64,000 nt of DNA from Squalus acanthias (GCA_030390025.1 CM059433.1:12092001-12156000); one strand, 5' to 3'; numbered from the stretch's first letter, positions 1 through 11,924 are shown. Numbers and translations are program-made. The notes: a model not told the origin generated them from the sequence alone.

Positions 1-145
1 GGGAGTTGGATAATTAGCTGAAGGAAAAAAAATTGTAGGGCTACGGGGAAAGGGCGGGGGAGTGGGACTAGCTGAAGTGCTCTTGCAGAGAGCCGGCACG
101 GGCCGAATGGCCTCTTTCTGTGCTGTAACCATTCTAAGATTCTAT
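1..145 (+). mobile_element. CR1-type LINE 3' end
   Basis: GGGCCGAATGGCCTC...TGTGCTGTAACCATTCTAAGATTCTATG tail, the same as other CR1 3' ends in the window. Confidence 0.75.
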
Positions 146-821
146 GGAGCACAAATGGAGTGAGAGTTTACTGGGAAGCATTAGAGAGGTTTCAAAGAAT
201 TTGGGAGAGGGGCAAGTTGTCCACTTCGGAGAAGGCAAACAGACCGAAGTCATTAGGAGACCAGAAGATAAACACATGGGTTAAGAGAACATAAATTGGG
301 ATATAGATTTTTTGAGGGCCTGGCACTGTGCTTCACCCAAGGAAGAGGAGGCATACTTGACAATAAATAGAGCAATGAAATACCTGTTAAGAAGACAAGA
401 GGCATGTATGGCGAGGTTAAGTAGTATTGGGATAAATGTATAGTTAAATATGAAGGAGCTAGATGGTGACAGTCTTTGGGGGGGGGGGGGGGGTCAATTT
501 TAACATGATTGCCTGCCAATGGAACCACAAATATCCAAAATCTCCAGTAGGAATTTTTCATTGAGGTATATTTTTGTTAAATAAAATAACCTAGTGATGG
601 AGAAAAAGGAGGAATAGCTAAAAGCACACATCACAGAGGATCTAGCATTTCCCGTCATGTAAACACGGCAGACTTGCAGCCGAGTGTCCAGAGCTGGGTA
701 TTTTGAGAAAAGCAGCATGAACGTATTCCCCAATATGGCGAAAATTACAACCGAACACTACTGAACGAGGTCACTACATTCATAAAAATATTAAATGACA
801 CACCACAAGACTCTCACTTAC

Positions 822-909
822 CACTGGATTGCTGGGATCTAATTTGGTAACTTCAGTGAAGAATTTATGGGCTTCAGCAAAGTTATTCTGACCAAGATGG
901 AGGAATGCC
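822..909 (-). CDS. TRAPPC12: TRAPPC12 coding exon, 88 bp: (R)[29 protein letters not shown]
   Basis: ttgcattag|GGCATTC...CCAGTG|gtaagt; inside ORF 780..965(-); phase 2 in, phase 0 out; TPR-like. Confidence 0.96.
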
Positions 910-3352
910 CTAATGCAAGAAATAAAATAATACAATATTTTCAGCACCTTTAATGCTGTTTGCAATTAATGATATATAACTAAATTAAAACCAACAAAAT
1001 CACAACAAATGTAAATCAAACTAAAATGAAGTACTCAAACATGTTACGCTTAGAATTTAAGCTGGCTCCTCTCGGGTGGGACGGGGAGCAGATGGATCTA
1101 CTTCACGGATTTGCTTTTTGTTATACAAAGCAAATCATTACTGTTAGAAATTTTCAGTTAATTCCTCAGTCAAAGCCACTTCTCTTTGAGTGCATGTGCA
1201 AGGAATGCTATATAGCACAGCAGAATGTAGCACTAGAATGCATGAAAAATTAAGCACTCTTTGGGGCTTGAAACATGCCAATATTCAGCGCCATAAAGGG
1301 CTGTAATGCCCTCGGAGTCATGTGATTACCACTAGCAGTGCCCTGCTGTACACCGTCATCCCTTAGCTACCGCCACATTTAAAATTTATTTCAGTATAAA
1401 AATAGCAAATACACAAGAGCGAGTTAAAGGCTGTGGAGGATGTTTCAAACGGAGAGCACAGAACATGTGGTTTAGGAGAAGCTGAATCCCCTGGGATTGG
1501 AAGATGTGTATTGGCAGGCAGCCAGAAGTAGTTTAATTTATCAATTTGACCGTCAAACCAACCAACATCTCTTATGCAGGCTTCCTGCCCCTCCCCCCAA
1601 AACACCCCCGGAGAGAGACTTCTTGCAGTTAGACACACACATACGCACAAAAGCCCGTTGGAGGTGCTTTCTAAAAACCCGGAGCCGATTCCAGTTTGTG
1701 GGAGCACAATGCATTAATTATGCATGAACAGACCAGCATTAATTTCTAGTCACGCTTCCCCCATTCCATGAGGGAGACAGATAGCCTGCTGCTAGACCTC
1801 TACCAACATGGTTCAGTAAAAAAGCTGCTTGAAGACACATTACAGCAGCTTGGGCTGATTGGCTCGGCTTGTCCTTCCTCTGATGAGACTGGGTTGTTCT
1901 GTTCAGGGGACTGCAGTTATGGACTGAATTTTTATCACTCTGCAGTGAATCGCATTTGAAGCATACCAGCAAACTGCTATCTGTCCTGCCTTTGCGGTGC
2001 AGCTTTTACCGACAGTTATTTAAAAAAAAAAACACAAACACATCAGTTCTAATTAAAAATGTGTTTCGACTTTGGAGGATCTTGTTGCAGAAACCAGAGT
2101 TTACATGTAAACGTTAGTCACGAGTGTGGGTTAGCAAATGTTGGAAAAACTATAAGCTGCTAAAGTTGAAGTACATTAACATTAAAAGATAACAGAAGAA
2201 TCAAAACAGAATATATAGTCCAGATAAAAATAACAAATTAACTGCTTCACAGTTCAAATCTGCACCAAAGGACTGGAGTCAAAAATATATAAATTCACTG
2301 AAATAAAGAATAAAAAAAAAATATCGGGGAACACAAATTCGATAAGGAAGCAGTTAAGAGACACACGGAACACAGTAACTGAAAAGTACAAAAGCACAAG
2401 AATTAGCCACGATCATCCCTATCTCAGGGTCATGATGCAGGCTCAGTGATGGTAAGGCTTGGTCCACAAACTATTAAATCCTACCAAAGACACCGGGGCT
2501 GTGTACTATAAAAATAAACTGCCCTCTGCCGAGCCATCAAGCAGCACTATAATCTTTTCCTCATATTATTGTATGGACAGATTTCTGCATGGCCAGCAGT
2601 TTAATGGAACGGTGAGGCTATCAGCGCTCACCGTTATTAAGGGGTAAATCGGACAGCAACCTCTGGAACACGCACAGTTAAACGTGGAAATCAGGAAGTT
2701 GCTGTCTGATTTGCCCTGCTCTTCCACAAGCTTTGGTAAACTAGTGCCTCGCCAAGAGATTTGGCATTCAAACAACTGTGGTACTTACCCACTAAACACA
2801 CCAGAAAAAGTTAGGGCTCGTCCATTCAAACGTAAGTGAATTTTTAACAGCGTGATAAGTCTTAATTACTAACAGACAACCTCTCTGGCACTGAAAATTA
2901 ACTTTTATAAGTGTGGCGTATCATTCTTTCAGATTTTAATTATTGTTGGAGATTTAAAAATATTCAAAATTAAAAGAATTTTTACTTTTTCTTTGTCTCT
3001 CATCTCTCTCAATCTTATCTTTTGTTCCCTCTCTTTATTTCACTTTCTGTACATAACTTTACATTGAATTAACTATTCTAACTTACACTTCCTGGTTTAG
3101 ACGCAGCATGCCACAGTCAGGATTCTTCAGTCAGATTGGTTGAGGAGACATGCTGTTGCTTTCCCTGTTCACACAGGTCACATAAATTGTGAGTTACGTT
3201 ATCAGCATCTCTTGTGAAATTGTGAAACAGCTTGCCATACTTCACCACAATCTCCATACTTAACACAAGGGTTTTGAACACCATATGAAATGATGGCACC
3301 CAGACAATGAACTAGAATTTACACATTTGAATTTGTATTTTGTATGACTTAC

Positions 3353-3456
3353 CTGTTCATCTGAATGATTATGTTCTGCTGCAATTCACTTCCTAACTTT
3401 GGAGACACTTTCTCAACTTCTTGAAAATATTTCTCAGCTGTTTTGATGTCACCAAT
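3353..3456 (-). CDS. TRAPPC12: TRAPPC12 coding exon, 104 bp: IGDIKTAEKYFQEVEKVSPKLGSELQQNIIIQMN(R)
   Basis: tgtacctag|ATTGGT...AACAG|gtaagt; phase 0 in, phase 2 out. Confidence 0.95.
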
Positions 3457-3747
3457 CTAGGTACAGGAGAAGTACAATATTGAGGCACCCAAATTAAATC
3501 ACAAGGTACACACATTGAGGTCATAATCTAGGTAGAACAATTTAGAATTTTTAGTAACGGCAAAAGGTAACTTGGCACAAAAATCCCCTCTCAAAATTGC
3601 TTTCAACCCCAGTTGTTAACCAATCTATATCCCTCAATCCCTCTCTATCCACAAGCCATTCCAACCCACTTATATTATCCACTTCAATGGTTGATCCTGG
3701 TAACCTATTACACAAGAGGGGCAAAAGAAACAGTATAAGGTTTCTCT

Positions 3748-3830
3748 CAACAACAACAGCAGCATCTTGCATTTATATAGCACCTTTAACATAGTAAAAA
3801 GTCCCAAGGCGCTTCACAGGAGCATTATAA
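3748..3830 (-). mobile_element. L2-type LINE 3' tail fragment
   Basis: (CAA)n then CTTGCATTTATATAGCACCTTTAACATAGTAAAAAGTCCCAAGGCGCTTCACAGGAG, the reverse complement of the tails at 37390-37460 and 60890-60950. Confidence 0.75.
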
Positions 3831-4272
3831 AATTAATAATGCATAACTACTATCACAGACAAAAAGAAAACTAGTTGCATTTTTATTAGGTAAAACTGAT
3901 TATGCAATGGAAGAAGAAAACTGTGGCAGTGGGAAAATTATATCCTTAATAAGTAGAATAAATGGGCAAATCCAATGCAGCATAAAGCTTTCAAAATACC
4001 AAAATAACACCCCGCACCCATACAGAGTACAAATGGAAAATGCAACAGCTTTCTACACAGAATGTAACAGCGGTCTTCTCCAGACTCCCCAAGGGTTCAT
4101 TTGGTAAAGGGGACGCGTAACTGAGTCACAGATCAGAAGATCCCTGGTTTCCATTTTCGGGCCACGACCGCAGCCAGGCTGCCCAAGTAAAAATGTACCC
4201 CGTAATATGCCCCATGTTGGAACTCCTGCCAAAATCCAAGATTTACTTTTTAGGCTGGGGGGGTGGGGGGAA

Positions 4273-4297
4273 GAGAGAGAGAGAGAGAGAGAGAGAG
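4273..4297. repeat. (GA)n microsatellite
   Basis: Direct observation. Confidence 0.9.
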
Positions 4298-4404
4298 GAA
4301 TTGCTAGTGTGAACCCACATATTACTTCATGACAATGGACTACTAACACCATTGCATCTCTATTAAGCTTCAATCTTAGAACCCGGGGGGGGGTACGGGG
4401 GAGT

Positions 4405-4841
4405 GGTGGAAGATTTCAACTTCCAACCAAAATGGGTGTGAAGTCAGTGGAATGGCCTCACTGTCCGCTCAAAGCTAGCATCAGGGGGAATGTTTTTCCC
4501 TCCTCACCCCACAAAAGTAAAAGGAAAAAAAGGGGTTTGGAGCCCTTTTGTGGAACAGTGCAACAATGCCTTCAAGACCACTGGTTTGGCGGCTCACCAC
4601 TCGCTACAAATGGGCTGGTCGTGCTCAGCACATGATCCACCCATCTTACTTCAAACCTTGACATGCATATGTAAACAGCCTCCTGCCCGAAACAGGCAGA
4701 CATGTATAGGACTGCCTGAAAATTGCATCAGGTGGACCTTAAGCATCCAAGGGGCAACCGAGGTTGCTCCCCCGCTTGATTTTCCTCTGCCAGCTGCCTG
4801 TAGATCAGGCAAAAAATGGGTGGTAGTTGAAAAATTGCCCC
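4405..4841. mobile_element. Possible old MITE
   Basis: Degenerate inverted ends GAAGATTTCAACT / AGTTGAAAAATTGCCCC, resembling the GGGG-type TIRs of other MITEs here. Confidence 0.35.
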
Positions 4842-5292
4842 TGCTGTCTTAGATCTCCTTTCTTCCCAAAGTTGAATGGCACAGAACATGTTCTGCCCAC
4901 AGTAACTGTGTGCCTTGTTTCTACAGTTTGCTAGTTTATGACTGCACCACAGGAAAACTAATACAATTTCCATTCTAATTTCAAACTCCAATAATCTAGG
5001 TACTTTACCAATGAGCAAGTTATCAGAAATGAACAATTTGGTCCAAGTTCAAATTTGTACGGCTACTTTTACATTTCATACTTTTCTCATTCCATGAATC
5101 ACGACCAACTTAATTTTGAAAAAGACTAGCCTAGATTACTATATAGAAATCTTTAATATAGCTGTGAATCAGAGTCAGCCTGACATTCACATCAAGTAAT
5201 CTTAGTCTCCAGCAACCAACTCAATTGCCAGACATAGATACTCCTTTGCATGGGATGTATATTTACATGGGTTGCCTGTGTTGCCAGCTCTA

Positions 5293-5549
5293 CCAGGGAC
5301 CCGGGTTCGAATCCGGCCTCGGGTGACTGTCTGTGTGGAGTTTGCACATTCTCCCCGTGTCTGCGTGGGTTTCCTCCCACAGTCCAAAGATGTGCGGGTT
5401 AGGTTGATTTGGCTATGATAAATTGACCCTTAGTGTTAGGGGGATTAAATACGTGGGGTTACGGGGATAGGGTGGGATGTGTGTCGGTGCAGGCTCGATG
5501 GGCCGAAATGGCCTCTATCTGCACTGTGGGGATTCTGTGATTCTGTGAT
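5293..5549 (+). mobile_element. HE1/V-SINE-like tRNA-derived SINE, 5' truncated
   Basis: B box GGTTCGAATCC, V-domain-like TGTGGAGTTTGCACATTCTCCCCGTGTCTGCGTGGGTTTCCTCC and a CR1-like tail; near-identical to 21692-22009. Confidence 0.88.
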
Positions 5550-6025
5550 CTGAGAAGCAAGGTTAATGAACTTTTGATAATTGTTTGACAAGTACCGATA
5601 CAAGAGGTGCATAATTACTCAGAACGCCACGATCTGCGACTTACGCCGTAAGTTATCTTGTTTTGTGGCCCGATTGTCCCATTGAATACTTACTCCAGAA
5701 TTTCCTGGAATAAGTAATTTGAATATGCCGCAATGAGCATAATGGTGAACCAGGGTCCTCAGAAGCAGCGTAGCCAATGGCTTACCCCACCTGCATCAAT
5801 TAACCAGATCAATATTGGCATGACCCAGTCATAGGTTTTGAAATTCAGAATCCTTTATACTGAACTTGATCACTTGCAGAAAATTGTGTGCTATGGACAC
5901 ATCAGTTGCTGATTTATATATTTTTTTTACCATTTATTTAGCAGATGACATTAGTAATTTAAGCTACCTAAAAAGTCTCAGATCAAGCAAATGGAGGGGG
6001 GGGGGGGGGGGGGGGGAGAGCGCGC

Positions 6026-6662
6026 GGGGATGAAGTCGAACCTCGTTCCATCCGTTTCTCGAGTGCGAAAATGGGGCAAAAAGGTCCAATTTTGGAAGCT
6101 ATGACTGAAATACGTCCCACACCATAATGGCTTGGGCGATATTCAGGCATTCCTGCTTGCTGCCTTAAACAGGCGGTAGGCCCCTTGTATATAATAACGA
6201 GAGGACTAATGTCTGTTTGAGGATCCCTCTCCAAAATTGGTCAGAAACTGAGCTCCATTCAGTTTATCCGGTTCCTCTGCAGCCTAACCACTTTCCCTTA
6301 AAGGGGCTGCTGGAGACTACCAACGTAACGGTAACTTTTTAAACTTACCTTAATGTGGAGCAAGGAGGAGTACGAGTGCTCATTCTGACTTCAGGGCACT
6401 ACTGGGGGCCGCTGTCATTCCACGCTTGCCCCCCCCACCACCACCAACCCCACCATTCGCCTCCCCGTTACAGCAGGCCCAAATTGGTCTAGCAGAAACC
6501 ATTGAGCTGCCTCAAGACACCCAACAGGCACCCGCAGCTCATTGGAATTACTCAGATGAGGCCGGAGGCTCAATTTCAAACGTGCCTCGGGCTTCTGGCG
6601 CGCGCCGAGGAGTGTGTCGACCATTTTGGGCTTGAAAACGGGCCAAAACTAAATTTCTCCCC
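6026..6662. mobile_element. MITE, probably PIF/Harbinger-like
   Basis: Imperfect TIRs GGGGATGAAGTCGA / CTAAATTTCTCCCC, similar to the termini of 61878-62773; no coding capacity. Confidence 0.5.
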
Positions 6663-7536
6663 GCCACTCTCACTTTCATTAATGGCATGTTCACACACAC
6701 ACTTCAGTGCCCTGCACCACGTACACAATCTACACTAAATCTAATGCACAATGACGAAGAAGTGTTTTGATGGATTTTAGCTAAGAAGAGCAGAGATTTT
6801 ATTTTACTTTATTTTAATCAATTATTTTGAACTCATGAATTTAAGTACATTCACCTGCACCATTATTTTTCAGTCTAAGCGGCTGCGGCGAGAAAACTGG
6901 CGTAAATCCAGGAAATTTAAAATTGGCATTGACTTAATTGTTGGGGCCGAGCAACGATGATCAATTTTTGCAGTTTCGGTGAGGGTATTGGCGGAGCGGT
7001 GCAAAAATCCCATGAAATTCTGGGCTAATGTTCCTTCAGATGCTCATTATGGAGACCAATTGTAGACATCACTGAACTTTCATGCTGAAATTCATACTTG
7101 TGTCAGTTATTTTAACAATGCATCACAAACAAAAAGCCAACCCTCAGAAAGCCATCTCGAGGCAAGAACCCCAAAACACCGTGCATTATTCATTGGAAAC
7201 TAGTGTAAAAGGATAATGAAAATCATAGTTTTTCTTCTCTGTAGGGCGTACGTTCTAAAGGAACTGAACACAGAATTTTTTTTGCAATAAATCGAGAACC
7301 AAGAAATAATGCAAGATAAGGACGGGTGGGGTGGGGGCGGAGGAAATCAATGAAATCTGCTCCAAAAAGGTACCATGGTCCAACACCAGAAGAATGCTCA
7401 CTAGCGTGATCTCTTCATTTCCTACGACTGCTCAGAGTACGACTACCTGTTTAGTGCAGAATTATATGCAGTTTGTTTCTGTGGAACTGGACTGAAACTT
7501 CCCAAACCATTCCTGCTTAGAAACTTTACAGCTGTC

Positions 7537-7561
7537 AGAGAGAGAGAGAGAGAGAGAGAGA
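7537..7561. repeat. (GA)n microsatellite
   Basis: Direct observation. Confidence 0.9.
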
Positions 7562-8758
7562 TGACTTTCATCATTCAGGGCTAAATTCAAAGCCAAATCT
7601 TAGAGGTGAATCAAGTGTTCCGACTCACTGCGCCACAAAAAATGTTGGCATAATTGTGTTTTTAATCAGCGTTTGCTTCACTGATGCATTGTAGAAATGT
7701 TTTTGGGGCTTTTTTGATTTTGCTTTGATCTCAGAAATCTGCACCCTAGCCTTTTATAGGGGCAATAATACTAAATTATTTAGTTACAGCTTGCTGCATG
7801 GAGATCAATAACTCACATATTCACAGCTGCATGCTGGATAGAGTGTGCTAGCAAACATGAAGCATATGTGGGTGGGAGAAATGCTTCTAGGCATAACAGT
7901 CACTTTTCAGCCTGCCTGCTGAAAACAGCACGACAGGTACACGCACAGTTTTAAAACATAGCTTTTAGCAACCTCTTCATGAAAATATGTATGTTCATTT
8001 TTCTATGGTGTAAACTTATTTCTGAATTTCTTTTTTTTTTTTAAAGTTACAGTTTTATTGTTAAATTAAAATATATACACATACTATAGATAATATATCA
8101 GCAAAGATGGCAAGTACGCACTTGACTGGTTTCATTTAGAGCAACAGGTGCGTGATGGTTCACAACCAGAGTACATCATAGAATCATGGAAATTTATGGC
8201 ACAGAAGGAGGCCATTCAGCCCATTGTGTCTGTGCCAGCCGAAAGAGCTATCCTGCTTAATCCCACTTTCCAGCTCTTGGTCCATAGCCTGGTAGGTTAA
8301 GGCACTTCAAGTGCATATCCAAGTATTTTTTAAATGCGATGAGGGCTTCTGCCTCTACCACCTTTTCAGGCAGTGAGTTCCAGACCCCCACCACCCTCTG
8401 GGTGAAAAAAATTCTCAACTCCCCTCTAACCCTTTTACCAATTGCTTTAAATCTCTGCCCCCTTGGTTACTGACCTCTCTGCAAAGGGAAATAGGTCCTT
8501 CCTATCCACTCTATCTGGGCCCCTCATAATTTTATACACCTCAATTAAGTCTCCCCTCAGCCTCATCTGTTCCAAAGACAACAACCCCAGCCTATCCAAT
8601 CTTTCCTCATTGCTAAAGTTCTCCAGTCCTGGAAATATCCTTGTAAATCGCCTCTGTGCCTTCGCTAGTGCAATCACATCTTTCCGGTAATGTAGTGACC
8701 AGAATTGTAAACAGTTCTATACAGTTCAAACATAACCTCCCTGCTCTTATATTCTATG

Positions 8759-9023
8759 ATGCGGAGATGCCGGTGTTGGACTGGGGTGGACAAAAATGAG
8801 AAGTCGCACAACACCAGGTTATAGTCCAACAGTTTTATTTGAAATTACGAGCTTTCGGCGCGCTGCTCCTTCGTCAGGTAAAGTGAGGAAATACAAATCA
8901 GATAATCAGATATCAAATCTGATTTGTATTCCCTCACTTTACCTGACGAAGGAGCAGCGCTCCGAAAGCTCGTAATTTCAAATAAAACTGTTGGACTATA
9001 ACCTGGTGTTGTGCGACTTCTCA
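8759..9023. mobile_element. Penelope-like fold-back non-autonomous insertion with 13-bp TSD
   Basis: TSD CTTATATTCTATG at 8746-8758 and 9024-9036; 38-bp unique tail, then 107-bp inverted arms 8797-8903 / 8917-9023 (2 mismatches) with a 13-nt loop. Confidence 0.85.
8939..8975 (+). ncRNA. Minimal type I hammerhead ribozyme motif
   Basis: UUAC-CUGACGA-A-GGAGC(agc)GCUCC-GAAA-GCU-C-GUAA: core, stem II, palindromic AGCU stem III and 4-bp stem I. A mirror copy lies on the minus strand at 8845-8881. Confidence 0.72.
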
Positions 9024-9142
9024 CTTATATTCTATGCCTCAGCTAATAAAGGAAAGTATCCCTTATACCTTCTTAACCACCTTATCTACCTCTCCTGCTA
9101 CCTTCAGGGATCTGTGGACATCCACTCCAAGGTCCCTCTGTT

Positions 9143-9763
9143 AATAACATAAGAACATAAGAATTAGGAGCAAGAGTAGGCTATACGGCCCCTCAAACCT
9201 GCTCCGCCATTCAATAAGATCATGGTTGATCTTCAACCTCAACTCCACTTTCCCGCCTGATCCCCATATCCCTTGATTCCCCATGAGTCCAAAAATCTCT
9301 CTCTCAGCCTTGAATATACTCAATGACTCAGCATCCACAGCCCTTTTGGGTAGAGAATTCCGAAGTTTCACAACCGTCTGAGTGAAGAAATTCCTCCTCA
9401 TCTCAGTCTTAAATGGCCGACCCCTTATCCGGAGACTATGCCCCTTAGTTCTAGACTCGCCAGTCAGGGGAAACAACCTCTCTGCATCTACCCTGTCAAT
9501 CCCCCCTCAGAATCTTATATGTTTCAATGAGATCAGCTCTCATTCTTCTAAACTCAAGAGTATAGGCCCAATCTATTCAATCTCTCCTCATAGGACAACT
9601 CGCTCATCCCGGGGATCAATCTAGTGAACCTTCGTTGCACCGCCTCTAAGGCAAGTATATCCTTTCTCAGATAAGACCACCAAAACTGTACACAGTACTC
9701 CAGGTGTGGTCTCACCAAAGCCTTGTACAATTGTAGTAAGACTTCTTTACTCTTTACTCTAAC
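9143..9763 (-). mobile_element. CR1 LINE 3' fragment of a second subfamily, nested in the 8176-10177 CR1
   Basis: (TAAGAACA)n end; ORF 9141..9476 reads FPLTGESRTKGHSLRIRGRPFKTEMRRNFFTQ; the host CR1 resumes after about 9764. Confidence 0.88.
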
Positions 9764-9952
9764 CCACTTCTCAGTATCCTACCATTTCTTGTGTATTCTC
9801 TTGCCTTGTTAGCCCTCCCCAAATGCATTACCTCACACTTCTCCAGATTGAATTCCATTTGCCATTTTTCTGTCCACTTGACTAGTCCATTGATCTCTTC
9901 CTGCAGTCTACAGCTTTCTTCCTCACTATCAACCACACGGCCAATTTTTGTA

Positions 9953-9994
9953 TTTTTTTTTTATTCGTTCCTGGGATGTGGGCATCGCTGGCAA
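9953..9994 (-). mobile_element. Very short 3'-end insertion of the 'YSPLAWM' LINE family
   Basis: Poly-T plus ATTCGTTCCTGGGATGTGGGCATCGCTGGCAA equals the terminus of the copies at 10615 and 51041. Confidence 0.75.
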
Positions 9995-10614
9995 ACTTAA
10001 CCATGCCCCCTACATTGAAGTCTAAATCATTGAAATATACCACAAAAAGCAAGTGACCTAGTACTGAGCCCTGCAGAACCCCACTGGAAACAGCCTTCCA
10101 GTCACAAAAACACCCATAGACCATTAACCTTTGCTTCCTGTCACTGAGCCAATTTTGGATTCAACTTGCCACTTTCATACATTAATATTTTTAAAAAGCA
10201 TGTTGTGGAAAAGAGCTCCGAGAAACAACTAGAATAACCTTGGTTACAAAAAAAGGTTGATCAACTGATCTCCACTGTAAAACAATTTCCTATAATGCTG
10301 CAAGGAAAACTAGAAATTTACATTGATACAAAACTCAAATGATATAAAAGGATGTAGTAATATCTACAAATGTAATTCCTGATGCAGTACAGAACCAGAG
10401 AAAAACCTTGTACATGGAGCACTACAAGACCTGCAGTGACCCCTGTTGGAATATTGCCAGGGCACCAAACGTGTGTAACGATAATCTACAGCAGCAGCTG
10501 AACACTGCAGGAATATCTGTCTTGGGACAGGATAGGAGTCTACTTGTGTTCATAGTGCTCATAATGCACCTAGTGCTGTAATCTGGGCTCCATACTCAAA
10601 TTAGCAATGTCAGA

Positions 10615-11183
10615 TTTTTTTTTTTTTTATTTGTTTATGGGATGTGGGCGTCATTGGCAAGGCCAGCATTTATTGCCCATCCCTAATTGCCCTCAAGAAG
10701 GTGGTGGTGAGCCGCCTTCTTGAACCACTGCAGTCCGTGTGGTGATGGTACTCCCACAGTGCTGTTAGGGAGGGAGTTCCAGGATTTTGACCCAGTGACG
10801 ATGAAGGATCGGCGATATACTTCTAAGTCAGGATGGTGTGCAACTTGGAGGTGGTGGTGTTCCCATGTGCCTGCTGCCCTTGTCCTTCTAGGTGGAAGAG
10901 GTCGCGGGTTTGGGAGGTGCTGCCGAAGAAGCCTTGGCGAGTTGCTGCAGTGCATCTTGTAGATGGTACACACTGCAGCCACGGTACGCCGGTGGTGGAG
11001 GGAGTGGATGTTTAAGATGGTGGATGGGGTGCCAATCAAGCGGGCTGCTTTGTCCTGGATGGTGTCGAGCTTCCAGTGTTGTTGGAGCTGCACTCATCCA
11101 GGCAAGTGGAGAGTATTCCATCACACTCCTGACTTGTGCCTTGTAGATGGTGGAAAGGCTTTGTGGAGTCAGGAGATGAGACA
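10615..11183 (-). mobile_element. Non-LTR retrotransposon (CR1/L2 superfamily, 'YSPLAWM' family) 3' fragment
   Basis: ORFs 10888..11184 and 10683..11093 read YKAQVRSVMEYSPLAWMSAAPT / IQDKAARLIG...LHHRRTVAA...SWNSLP; poly-A tail. Confidence 0.88.
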
Positions 11184-11397
11184 TTCCATTGAGATGCTCA
11201 TTTTATTGCTGCTTCATTTGTTGGGGTACAGTCACAGTATAACATTTTAACACCAGCCCAAACTTGTGTGCTGGCATTTGCATCTGATAAAGCAGCTACA
11301 AAAGTGGAGATTGGCAATACTGTTAATTTGGATATGGTGCCATCTATTGCTTACACTGGTGTGCCGCACAAAACAAGACCCATACAATATAGTTCTT

Positions 11398-11812
11398 TAA
11401 ATTCATTCTCCGGATGAGGGGGTCACTGGCTAGGCTGACATTTATTGCCCATTCCTAGTTACCCTGAGAAATGGTGATGGGCCTTCTTCTTAAACCACTG
11501 GCAGTTTGATACAACGGAGTGGCTAGCTAGGCTAATTCACTGGGCAGGTAAGAGTCAGCCACGTTGGTGTATGACTGGAGTCATATACAGGTCAAACTGG
11601 GTAAGGATGGCAGGCTTTCTTCCCTCAAGGACATTAGTGAACCAGTTGAATTTTAATGACAATCTTCGTGGTCACTTTTACTGATACCAGTTTTTTTTTA
11701 ATTTCCAAATTATTTAAAACTGAATTCAAATTCTCAAACTGCCATGGTGGGATTGGATTATTAGTCCTGGCCTCTGGATTACTAGTCCAGTAACATAACC
11801 ACTACACTATTG
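11398..11812 (-). mobile_element. tRNA-derived SINE sharing its 3' tail with the 'YSPLAWM' LINE
   Basis: Minus-strand head TAGTGTAGTGGTTATGTTACTGGACTAGTAATCCAGAGG; 11400-11500 is a diverged copy of the LINE terminus (CATTTATTGCCCA..CCTA.TT.CCCT..GAA). Confidence 0.65.
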
Positions 11813-11924
11813 AACCCCTATCTCTATGTTAAACTGCCATCAATTTGACATAGACAACTCATAATTTAATATTGCTTAATCAAAGGTCAGGTTTTTGAGT
11901 TGATATAACCTCAGAGCATTACAG

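Larger units (their letters stand above)
8176..10177 (-). mobile_element. CR1 LINE (decayed ORF2 C-terminus and 3' UTR) hosting three nested insertions
   Basis: ORFs 8447..8677, 9754..9936 and 9882..10124 carry CR1 motifs ([35 protein letters not shown]). Confidence 0.9.
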
